Source: Patescibacteria group bacterium (GTDB lineage Bacteria; Patescibacteriota; Gracilibacteria; UBA1369; 2-02-FULL-48-14). From it: DNA of 64,000 bases. The stretch is taken from contig JAHIVE010000015.1 of assembly GCA_018816805.1 (NCBI GenBank), positions 31,104-95,103 on the forward strand, given 5' to 3'. Position 1 is the first letter of the stretch, and every line of letters starts with the position of its first letter. Both the position numbers and the translations under genes were made by a program. A model generated the notes under the pieces. It saw only the letters and a program-made list of their open reading frames with translations, had not been told where the DNA came from and did not search any database. Shown here piece by piece: positions 55,965 to 64,000 of the stretch.

Positions 55965-57131
55965 TTACCAAACGCCCATCACTTTCGGGTTGAGCTTTGT
56001 TCCGTTGTAGTGAATTTCAAAGTGAAGGTGAACTCCGGTTCGGCCCCAAACTTGGCCGGTGTTACCCATTGCGGAGATAACTTGACCTTGAACGACAGTT
56101 TCACCGGGGCTGACGTAAAGTGTGTCGCTGTGACCATAAAGAGTTTCGTAACCGTTTCCGTGGTCTATAATAATTTCATTTCCGTAGCCACCGTTCCATC
56201 CGTATGCGGCTTTTGTTACGACTCCGTCCGCAACGGCGTAAATTGGAGTACCTTTTTTGTTTGCAATGTCGTACGCGTAATGACCGCCGTAACAGAGATA
56301 GCCACAGGAAATTATACCTGTTGTTGGGCGTATCCAGCCTAGTTCATTTGGTGGGATTTCGTAGTAAAGTTGAGTTGGTTGTGAGTAAGAGCCGGATGTT
56401 TTAACAGGTTGAGCAATGTAGACTACTTCTGGTCGGCCATCCATTACAAAAAGTTGTTCCCCTGCAATCAACTCACTATCTTCTGAAATGCCGTTGAATT
56501 CAATGGTTTTGTCTAAGTTCCCTTTGTGTTTTTCAACAAGTTTCACCAGTGAATCTCCCTCTTTTATGTCTACATAAATACCATCTTTTGGTGGGATGGT
56601 AAGATCCTGACCTATCTTTAAAAAGTCTGTGAGACCCGTGTTTGCGTATTTAATTGAGTTGACTGAAACTCCGTATCTGTATGCAAGGACTGAAAGTGTT
56701 TCGCCTTTTTGAACTTCATGCGTTACTTTTTCAGTGCGATTTTGGTCGTATATTGCTTCACCTTCAAGAGGCATGGATTTGATAATATAGCCTTCATCGT
56801 CAGTTATTAGTTCTCCCGCAAGGTCTAAAGTTAGATATTCGGCGCCTGCGTCTCCTCCGTAATAATTAGCGTGAGTTACATTGACTGAAGTGAATACCAA
56901 AAGGACCATGCTCCAGATTGAAACTTGTGCGTAAAGGCGTTTTGGCGCCGGAAGATTGTCTAGCGGGTGCATAAAAGCCGAGAAGTGTTTTTTGGATGGC
57001 TTCAGAAAGCGGATTATCTTTACTAAAATTCGCTTAAAATGAAACCATAGCCTTCCCGTGAAGGAGTGAAATTGTCCTTCATACAATTTTTTATGTCGCT
57101 CTTTTTTTGCTTCAATATTAATCTTGCTCAT
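55965..57131 (-). CDS. LysM-domain M23 family peptidoglycan endopeptidase
   Basis: An N-terminal TM anchor, two LysM-like repeats ('HEVQKGETLSVLAYRYGVSVNSIKYAN', 'YVDIKEGDSLVKLVEKH') and the M23 core 'GYGNEIIIDHGNGYETLYGH..GNTG..TGVHLHFEI'. Confidence 0.88.
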   Translation of the reverse strand: MSKINIEAKKERHKKLYEGQFHSFTGRLWFHFKRILVKIIRFLKPSKKHFSAFMHPLDNLPAPKRLYAQVSIWSMVLLVFTSVNVTHANYYGGDAGAEYLTLDLAGELITDDEGYIIKSMPLEGEAIYDQNRTEKVTHEVQKGETLSVLAYRYGVSVNSIKYANTGLTDFLKIGQDLTIPPKDGIYVDIKEGDSLVKLVEKHKGNLDKTIEFNGISEDSELIAGEQLFVMDGRPEVVYIAQPVKTSGSYSQPTQLYYEIPPNELGWIRPTTGIISCGYLCYGGHYAYDIANKKGTPIYAVADGVVTKAAYGWNGGYGNEIIIDHGNGYETLYGHSDTLYVSPGETVVQGQVISAMGNTGQVWGRTGVHLHFEIHYNGTKLNPKVMGVW

Positions 57132-57218
57132 CTTGAGAATGATTGCAGATATTTAATTTAGGGTCAAGGGTCTAGCTAAAAGTTGCACTTGTGGGGAATT
57201 CGCAAGTAGTATGCGCAT

Positions 57219-58922
57219 ATGACTATTAAAATTCTCAGCGACAATTTGATTTCGCAGATTGCGGCCGGAGAAGTGATTGAGAGGCCTGCGTCTGTTGTGA
57301 AAGAGCTTGTGGAAAACAGTATTGATGCGGGAGCAACGCGGGTTTTTTTGGAGATTGAAGATGCGGGAATGAAGAAAATCAGAGTTTCTGACAACGGGTG
57401 TGGGATTGAGGAGGATCAGGTTGGTTTGGCTTTTTCACGGCATGCAACTAGTAAAATTTCTTCAGTGGAGGATTTGTTTAAAATTGGGAGTTTGGGTTTT
57501 AGAGGTGAGGCGCTTTCAAGTATTGCGAGTGTTTCACGTGTGAGAATGGAGACAAAGGCACAAGGAGCTAGAAATGGGTCGCTTTTGGAATTGGATGGGG
57601 GCAAGGAGATTAAGCTTGAAGATGCTGCTGCTAGTGAGGGAACGGATATTTCTGTTCTTGGTCTTTTTCATCACACGCCGGCGCGGAAGAAATTTATGAA
57701 GTCGGAGAGAACGGAATATGGGCGAATTTTTGATATGGTTGCGGGGATTGCTTTGGCGCATCCGGAAGTGGGTTTGAGGTTGGTTAGAGATGGATCTCAA
57801 GTTTTGGAACTTCCTGATGGACAGGATTTGAAGGAGAGAATTCGGTCGCTTTTTGGTGGGTCCGTTGCGGTTGCGCTTGTGCCGGTGCAGTTTCATCAGT
57901 CGAATTTGTTGATTAGTGGTTTTGTTGGGAAACCGGAGGTGGCGCGGTCGTCAAAAAAATATCAATTTGTGTTTGTGAATGGGCGGGCTATTGAAAGTAA
58001 GTTGGTAGCGAGTGCGGTGAAGGAAGCGTTTCATTCGCTTTTGATGCATGAAAAATATCCATGGTTTTTATTAAATATTCAGATAGATCCTCAGTTTGTG
58101 GATGTGAATGTGCATCCACGGAAATTGGAAGTTAAGTTTTTGAATCAGCAGGAGGTTTTTAGGGCAGTTCGCGGTGCTACAGCTGCTGCGCTTGAGAGTG
58201 CGACTTTGAGTCCGATTGTAAAGAGTTCACCGGCTGTTGAAGCACAGGAATTTAGACCTCTTAATATGGAGCTTCAAGCGAGAAGTTTTAATGTCCCTGT
58301 TTTGCCTCAGGGAAGTGCAGAGATTTTTGAAGTGGAAGGAGCGCGTCTTAGGCCGGTTGCGCAAATTGCGGCTTCTTATATTATTGCGGAGGGTGAAGAG
58401 GGTTTGGTTTTGATTGATCAGCATGCGGCGCATGAGCGGGTTAGATATGAGCGACTGATTGCGGATTTGGAGAATGAGTCTTTGAAAAGTCAGGTACTTT
58501 TGGCGCCGCTTGAGATGGATTTGGGAGTGGAGGGAGCTAGGCTTTTGGATGAGTATTTGAAAGATTTTCAGGCGCTTGGATTTGATTTGGAGCCGTTTGG
58601 AGATTCGACTTTTTTACTTAGGGCGGTGCCAGTTGGTCTGGAAAAACGGGATCCTGAGTCTGTTGTTCGGGAGATTGTTGCTGATGTTCAAGAGGAGTGG
58701 GGGCAAAATCATGTTAAAAATGTGCGAGAGGTTGTTTTAACTTATACGGCGTGTCGAGGGGCTGTGAAGTTTGGGGATACACTTACAATGAGTGAGATGG
58801 AGGCATTGGTGAGGGATATGGAAAAAACGGTTAATTCAAGTCATTGTCCGCATGGGCGGCCGGCGGTTGTGACGCTTACTTATGACAAATTGGAGGAGAT
58901 GTTTAAGAGGAGGAATTTTTGA
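57219..58922 (+). CDS. mutL: DNA mismatch repair protein MutL
   Basis: 'IAAGEVIERPASVVKELVENSIDAGA', 'DNGCGI' and 'FRGEAL', with C-terminal 'CPHGRP'. Confidence 0.97.
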   Translation: MTIKILSDNLISQIAAGEVIERPASVVKELVENSIDAGATRVFLEIEDAGMKKIRVSDNGCGIEEDQVGLAFSRHATSKISSVEDLFKIGSLGFRGEALSSIASVSRVRMETKAQGARNGSLLELDGGKEIKLEDAAASEGTDISVLGLFHHTPARKKFMKSERTEYGRIFDMVAGIALAHPEVGLRLVRDGSQVLELPDGQDLKERIRSLFGGSVAVALVPVQFHQSNLLISGFVGKPEVARSSKKYQFVFVNGRAIESKLVASAVKEAFHSLLMHEKYPWFLLNIQIDPQFVDVNVHPRKLEVKFLNQQEVFRAVRGATAAALESATLSPIVKSSPAVEAQEFRPLNMELQARSFNVPVLPQGSAEIFEVEGARLRPVAQIAASYIIAEGEEGLVLIDQHAAHERVRYERLIADLENESLKSQVLLAPLEMDLGVEGARLLDEYLKDFQALGFDLEPFGDSTFLLRAVPVGLEKRDPESVVREIVADVQEEWGQNHVKNVREVVLTYTACRGAVKFGDTLTMSEMEALVRDMEKTVNSSHCPHGRPAVVTLTYDKLEEMFKRRNF

Positions 58923-59007
58923 ATTTGATTGACAAGAGGTAAATTGTTGGAGAGCATCTGACTGAATTATTATCCACGCAAAAATGAATGCGACTGCAGC
59001 GAGATAA

Positions 59008-61104
59008 TTACTTGTACAGCAACTTCAATTCCAAGTTGTTTTTGAATTCACCGTTAAGAGTGTAGTCTGTGCCTTCCCTGTTTTCGGTTGCAAGAGGAGT
59101 TGAAGAGAGCATTAGGTAATCTTCTGCGTTGACTGTTTTTTCGTATCGGATTGCGCGGAGGCCGGGTTGGCGGTACATGCGGAAAATGTATTCATCAAAG
59201 TTTTTGCCGAGTGACCAAGGAAGACCGTAGATGATGGATATTGTTTTGGTTTCGCCGGATTGGACGGTTTGGTCAATGTAGTAGTATTGGATGGCGTTTT
59301 GTGGGTCGTAGAAGAGCTGGATTTCATCACGCAAGATTCCTTTGGTGTCCAGGATGACGGAGCCTTCCGGGACGTAGATGCGGATTCCGGTGTGGGATGG
59401 GCCGGCGCCTAGTACTTTTTCAAGGTGTTCGTCCCATTTTGTGAAGCCGTAGGACGAGAGGACGTTTTTGAGCCAGGCGAGTGTGTCCGGCGTAAATGTG
59501 TTTGTACGAGTTAAAGTGAGGGCGTTTACTATTGTGCCGTCGTGGAAAATTTGGGTTTCATGCTTAAGGTCCGTCTGCATGTAGCGGTCTGTTTTGTTGG
59601 CGCCAATGTTGGTGAAAATTGGCATCAGGAAGTCGTCTTCCAGGGTTGAGAGAGGGGGAATTGTGCCGTCCAAATTCATTGATTCAATGAATTTTTGGGC
59701 GGCGGGGTCTTTGTGGTAAACCAGAACTTGTTTTTTCTTAGCTTCGTCGTAGAGGGCAAAGCCAACTTTGGCAACTAAAGTTTGGTTGTCCAGTTTGGCT
59801 GCGAAAGCGTCAATAATTTCACTCAAAACTTGTTTTGGAGAAGACTGACCGTATGTTTTTGCTTCAACCAAAGTGCTTAAAACCGCCGGCAACGTTTCTG
59901 CGGTGAGTTCTTTTTGTAGCGAAGGTATTTTGATTGGACCGACTGTTTCCAGGAGAGTTTGTGCAGTTGATAAGTTTACTGCAATCACGCCGTCCGCGCT
60001 TGGGCCGCCTTCTTGTTCCAAAAACCAGAGGGCTTTTTGGGCTGAGGATGGGAAGTCCGGGTAAATGTTTGCGTCACGGAGACGCCACTCCGGTGTGAGT
60101 TCTTTCAGTTCATGAATTGGTACTTCTTGGTGCTCAAAGTAGAGGTTGTCCAGTTCATAAACGTCATGGAAGGAGATGTTTTCAATGCGGCCGTCGTTGA
60201 TATCAACTATAAGGTAGCTTCCTGTGAAGCCGCCTCCGGGACGGAGTTCGTCATTGTTTTCTAAGAGAACCAGGTAGCGCTGCGGGTAGCGGTCTCCAAG
60301 TAATGTGAGTAGTGGTTCTTTTGCGCTGATCCAGAGGTCCAGGAGGGTTTGGAGGGCGTTGATTTTGTCTCTAAAAGACATGAAGTCTGATAGGTAGTCG
60401 GTGCCGGTTAGGTCTACTTCATCAAGCAGCGCGTTGATTTGTTTGAGTTTGTCTGAGGCGGGTTCAATTTGACTTTCTGAGACTGAGCGGAGGTAGTCTG
60501 TGAGAGAGCCTTCCTTGGGTAAATTGTTGAAGGAGGTTTTTGCGTTTGCAAGGTGTTGTCCAACTTCTGACATCAGAGAACCTGCTTCCAGGAGATTTCT
60601 GAGAGAGCGAACTTCTTTTGGTTCGGGGAGCCAGTCGGATTCGTTCGCTAAAAGGAAGCGGCCTTTGTTTTCAGCTTCTGCGAATAGTTTGTCAGCCTCA
60701 GTAAACAATAGTGAGTCTGCGCCTTCCTCCCCTGTTAATACGGATTCGCTGGCCGATTTTAAGGAAGTGAAGGCTTCTGAGGCAATGGCTAGGGCGTCAT
60801 TGCCGCGGGATTTTCCAAGGAAAAGTGCCTGGCCAACATTGAGACAAACTATGATTAGAAGTGCAGCGGCGACCATTGGCATGCGGCCAAGGCCTTGTTT
60901 TTCAGCTGAAAGTTCACCGACTATGCAGATTCTGCCGGGAAGTGAGTCTGATTTTGATTTGATTTCATCTTTTATGTTGATTGCGGCTGCGGGTTTTTCT
61001 TTTGGTGCATCCGTTTGGGTTTTCACGTTTAAAACATGTTCGGACAAGCGGTCCTTTGCAAAGGGTTTTTCATTTTCCGGTCCTATGTCTAAGCGAATTA
61101 TCAT
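59008..61104 (-). CDS. Membrane-anchored DUF4012-like protein (698 aa)
   Basis: A single N-terminal TM ('MVAAALLIIVCLNVGQALF'). 'NNDELRPGGGFTGSYLIVDINDG' resembles the conserved DUF4012 core as I remember it. Confidence 0.5.
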   Translation of the reverse strand: MIIRLDIGPENEKPFAKDRLSEHVLNVKTQTDAPKEKPAAAINIKDEIKSKSDSLPGRICIVGELSAEKQGLGRMPMVAAALLIIVCLNVGQALFLGKSRGNDALAIASEAFTSLKSASESVLTGEEGADSLLFTEADKLFAEAENKGRFLLANESDWLPEPKEVRSLRNLLEAGSLMSEVGQHLANAKTSFNNLPKEGSLTDYLRSVSESQIEPASDKLKQINALLDEVDLTGTDYLSDFMSFRDKINALQTLLDLWISAKEPLLTLLGDRYPQRYLVLLENNDELRPGGGFTGSYLIVDINDGRIENISFHDVYELDNLYFEHQEVPIHELKELTPEWRLRDANIYPDFPSSAQKALWFLEQEGGPSADGVIAVNLSTAQTLLETVGPIKIPSLQKELTAETLPAVLSTLVEAKTYGQSSPKQVLSEIIDAFAAKLDNQTLVAKVGFALYDEAKKKQVLVYHKDPAAQKFIESMNLDGTIPPLSTLEDDFLMPIFTNIGANKTDRYMQTDLKHETQIFHDGTIVNALTLTRTNTFTPDTLAWLKNVLSSYGFTKWDEHLEKVLGAGPSHTGIRIYVPEGSVILDTKGILRDEIQLFYDPQNAIQYYYIDQTVQSGETKTISIIYGLPWSLGKNFDEYIFRMYRQPGLRAIRYEKTVNAEDYLMLSSTPLATENREGTDYTLNGEFKNNLELKLLYK

Positions 61105-62252
61105 TTAGCCGGTGTGAAATAATTACGAGAATAAATGCCGTCATCAAAAATTTTGTAGGTGCTTTCCAGGGTGCCAATATCTGTTTTTATAGAGCTGTAT
61201 TTTTCCGCGCCATCGAAAATTCTGTTTTCAGGTGGTGCTGCAGATTGGTCTGTCACAAAAAGTAATTGTTGGTCTTCCGAGGAGTTCCAGCCATACCAGT
61301 ATTCTTCCTTTGGCATGTCTTTTGATTGGTAATTATATTTAAATGCTGTGGCCATGGCTGGGTCGAGCTGCATGAGTACATCATGAATGCGCTCAAGGTC
61401 TTGTGGCAAGTTTTGACCTCCAATTACAAGTTTGTAACCGTCCGGGGCTGTGCTTAAAGCCAAGGCTTGGTATTTGTCAGTGTTTCTTAATATTCCGCCT
61501 TCGTAATTTGACTTGTCTACTGCTAGGAATGATTCCATGTACCATTCGTCTTGGCCAAATTCAATGGTTCCGGCAAGATCCGGGAAAATTTGGAGGACAG
61601 AAGAGAAAATGGGCTGTGGGATTGTTTCAAATCTATTTGAGAGACTGGATTCAGCGTTTTGAAGGTTAAAGTAGAAAAATGCTGAATGTATCCTTGGTAG
61701 TCTGCCTTCAACGTTTATGTAATTTGAGGTTGATGATATTGGTTTGATTTCGCCTTTTTTGACGGATTTGAGCTCTTGTAAGGCTTCCTCTGAGGACGAA
61801 ACGGCAACAATTCGTCCAAAAAATTCAAAATTAAAGTCTGTGTTTTGAAAATATTCCGTTGCGGCTTTTTTGGAGCGAGTCGAAAGGAAATAAACAAAAT
61901 CTTTTTTTGTAAGTGCCACGCCAAAATCCCCCGTAAACCAGTCTAGGTTTTCGAGGTCGAAACCAACGAAATCTTGGATTTTTGCTTTCATTTGAGGAGT
62001 GGAAATTTGCGAGGTGTCCGGAAGAGATTCTGCCGCCTTTGCGTAGTTTGGAACGGAAAGAACCATGAAGCCCAAAGTTGTGTTTTCAGGCAGAAGTTTT
62101 GCCAAGTCCGGAAGTTCATTCAGCTTGGTAAGGAGAATGAGTGCCGAGAGGCTAAAAAAACAAATGACGCTAAGAGCTGCTAGGCTTAGCGAGAGAATTT
62201 TTTCAGGAATGGCGAGTCTTGATTTCTTTTTTGTCATGATTTCAAGGCGCAA
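61101..62252 (-). CDS. Membrane-anchored hypothetical protein (383 aa)
   Basis: N-terminal TM 'ILSLSLAALSVICFFSLSALILL'. ATGA overlap with the downstream DUF4012-like gene. Confidence 0.6.
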   Translation of the reverse strand: MRLEIMTKKKSRLAIPEKILSLSLAALSVICFFSLSALILLTKLNELPDLAKLLPENTTLGFMVLSVPNYAKAAESLPDTSQISTPQMKAKIQDFVGFDLENLDWFTGDFGVALTKKDFVYFLSTRSKKAATEYFQNTDFNFEFFGRIVAVSSSEEALQELKSVKKGEIKPISSTSNYINVEGRLPRIHSAFFYFNLQNAESSLSNRFETIPQPIFSSVLQIFPDLAGTIEFGQDEWYMESFLAVDKSNYEGGILRNTDKYQALALSTAPDGYKLVIGGQNLPQDLERIHDVLMQLDPAMATAFKYNYQSKDMPKEEYWYGWNSSEDQQLLFVTDQSAAPPENRIFDGAEKYSSIKTDIGTLESTYKIFDDGIYSRNYFTPAK

Positions 62253-62342
62253 ACAAAGACATTATACCAGACAAGTGGACAAGTCCAAACCTGTTTGTCT
62301 GGACAGGTTTTACGGGTAGTTCTTGGTTTATTTAGTGACTAG

Positions 62343-63146
62343 TCATGGTATTTTTTGTTTGCTTCTGAAGATTTTATCAATCGCATGTGAAATCTGATGA
62401 TGATCTTTGCACAAAGGTGCAATGTAATACGGATTATGCTGCCCGGTCATTGCAAACCTGTCCTGATGGTGTAAGTTCACAGCCTCCCTTTTACAACCTC
62501 TTACGGCACAATTAGTTCCATGCTCTTTTTGTACAACCCTCTTGGTTTCTACCGGCACATGCCGTGACTGTTTTTCAGGCAAATTAGCGGCGATTTTTTG
62601 CTTTTCTTCTTCAATCTCGTGCTCCCTGCGTTCAAGAAACCCCAAGATCATTTCATTTACATCTATCCCCCTCTCCTGTAAATCTGCCAATCTTCCAGCT
62701 ACCTCCTCAGAAAGTTCTAAAGTGTGCCCGGGCACACTTTTCTCTCCATCTTTTGGCTTGCCTAGGCCATTTCGCATATCATGAATGTAAGTTTCCACAG
62801 CACTTTTTGACAGGGTTTTTACAACCCCAATCAACTCTTCTTCATTCTCAGGGGTCGCAACTGAAGCAACTCGCACCAATTTATTCACGCTACACTCACC
62901 GCTTCGCAAAAGACCCTGTAAAATTGGCGTTTTTTCAAACTTTCCATCTACATTAATAATCCTACGAACCTGTTTCTCACTTAAACCCGCTAACTTAAAC
63001 GCAAATTCAAAAATAGACCCGAAACCCTTTTTTTCATAAAGTCGCCGCTCAAAAACTTCCGGCAACAATCCTTCAAATTTCTGCCGCCACAAAAGTGCCT
63101 GACGGCCGTACTTTTTACAAAGCTTATATAGTTCCGAATCTGTCAT
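62343..63146 (-). CDS. HNH endonuclease domain protein
   Basis: C-terminal 'CAVRGCKREAVNLHHQDRFAMTGQHNPYYIAPLCKDHHQISH' matches the C..C..HH..N..C..HH pattern. Confidence 0.75.
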   Translation of the reverse strand: MTDSELYKLCKKYGRQALLWRQKFEGLLPEVFERRLYEKKGFGSIFEFAFKLAGLSEKQVRRIINVDGKFEKTPILQGLLRSGECSVNKLVRVASVATPENEEELIGVVKTLSKSAVETYIHDMRNGLGKPKDGEKSVPGHTLELSEEVAGRLADLQERGIDVNEMILGFLERREHEIEEEKQKIAANLPEKQSRHVPVETKRVVQKEHGTNCAVRGCKREAVNLHHQDRFAMTGQHNPYYIAPLCKDHHQISHAIDKIFRSKQKIP

Positions 63147-63231
63147 TTTGATGGGATTAGGGACTTATAATTATATCAAAAAACCCGCAGCCCAAAAGCA
63201 AAACTACCCATTTCAGCTGGACATAATCCAT

Positions 63232-63249
63232 GGTGAGTGTGTGCTCACC
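63232..63249. promoter_or_regulatory. Third copy of the candidate LexA operator
   Basis: GGTGAGTGTGTGCTCACC, a perfect GGTGAG-N6-CTCACC palindrome, in the divergent region between the HNH gene and alaS. Confidence 0.5.
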
Positions 63250-63308
63250 TTTTCCCTTTGCAAGAAGCTACTCGACGCCTCACCCGCCCCTGTGATAAAC
63301 TCCGAGTC

Positions 63309-64000
63309 ATGAAAGCAAAAGACTTACGACAACGTTATATTGACTTCTTTGTTAAGAAGCATGGGCATAAGGAGATTCTTGGCGCCAGTTTGATTCCGGA
63401 GAATGATCCAACCGTGCTGTTTACCACCGCGGGGATGCATCCACTGGTGCCTTATTTGATGGGTGAAACGCATCCGGAGGGCAAGAGGCTGGTTGACGTG
63501 CAAAAATGTCTGAGGACGGATGATATTGATGAGGTTGGAGACAATACTCACTGTACTTTTTTTGAGATGCTCGGGAATTGGTCGCTTGGGGATTATTTTA
63601 AGAGAGAGGCAATTGAGATGAGCTATGAGTTTTTGACTACGCCGGTTGAGGACGGCGGACTTGGACTTGATCCGGCGCGGCTTGCCGTGACGTGTTTTGA
63701 AGGTGATGAAGATGCTGCGCGAGATGAGGAGTCTGCGGCGGTTTGGCGAGAGCTTGGATTCCCGGACAAGCGAATTTTCTTCTACGGGAAAAAAGAGAAC
63801 TGGTGGGGGCCGGCCGGGCAGACCGGGCCGTGTGGACCATGTACTGAAATGTTTTATTTTAATTCGGATGATTTGGGAGCAATGTATGACACTGAGCCAG
63901 CGGATAACGACACGCCGTGGGTGGAAATTTGGAATGATGTTTTTATGGAGTTCAATAAGAGGGAGGATGGAAGTTTTGAACCTTTGCACCAAAAAAATGT
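63309..64000 (+). CDS. alaS: Alanyl-tRNA synthetase, 3'-truncated by the window edge
   Basis: Hand translation gives [102 protein letters not shown].., a canonical AlaRS N-terminus. It is absent from the ORF track because it has no stop within the window. Confidence 0.95.
   Translation, partial: MKAKDLRQRYIDFFVKKHGHKEILGASLIPENDPTVLFTTAGMHPLVPYLMGETHPEGKRLVDVQKCLRTDDIDEVGDNTHCTFFEMLGNWSLGDYFKREAIEMSYEFLTTPVEDGGLGLDPARLAVTCFEGDEDAARDEESAAVWRELGFPDKRIFFYGKKENWWGPAGQTGPCGPCTEMFYFNSDDLGAMYDTEPADNDTPWVEIWNDVFMEFNKREDGSFEPLHQKN

Noticed and set aside
63324-63992. 222-aa minus-strand ORF from the track
   Set aside because: It is antisense to an unmistakable AlaRS N-terminus on the plus strand (63309 onward). 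Its Arg/Pro/Ile-rich composition is typical of shadow ORFs.

Overview
This 64-kb chromosomal segment is densely coded. I can support about 55 CDS and 1 tRNA. I found no rRNA, CRISPR array, transposase or integrase. The standard genetic code fits the long ORFs.

Housekeeping content:
- DNA repair and SOS: uvrA, recF, mutS, mutL, lexA, ssb.
- Translation: thrS, the 5' part of alaS, rpsF-ssb-rpsR, tRNA-Arg(CCU).
- Central and biosynthetic metabolism: eno; purN and purH plus two archaeal-type purP paralogues; L-serine dehydratase sdaAB/sdaAA; a CysK/CysM-like synthase next to a ParB-fold protein.
- Envelope: uppP, yidD, a LysM-M23 peptidase, a DUF4012-like protein and lipoproteins.

The very large orphan proteins, frequent ATGA-type translational coupling, archaeal-type enzymes and the DUF4012-like gene suggest a small Candidate Phyla Radiation/Patescibacteria-like genome. 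That placement is inference only.

Main items worth a second look:
1. A three-gene, ~8.6-kb plus-strand operon (11944-20572). It encodes a 1312-aa protein ending in a CbbQ/NorQ-type AAA+ module with non-canonical Walker motifs, a 1058-aa transglutaminase / D/E-rich / MIDAS-VWA protein, and a 470-aa orphan.
2. A five-gene, ~8.9-kb minus-strand cluster of orphan membrane-associated proteins (22731-31590).
3. A translationally coupled operon of four Sec-signal proteins, three of which end in a penultimate Cys plus a basic residue (1631-5512).
4. A ~1-kb non-coding region between eno and sdaAB. It holds two paralogous ~250-nt elements with conserved cores and compensatory stem changes, so they are candidate structured RNAs.
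5. A candidate LexA operator, GTGAG-N6-CTCAC, present twice in the lexA promoter and once upstream of an HNH gene and alaS.

All domain calls come from motifs read by eye. No database search was run.
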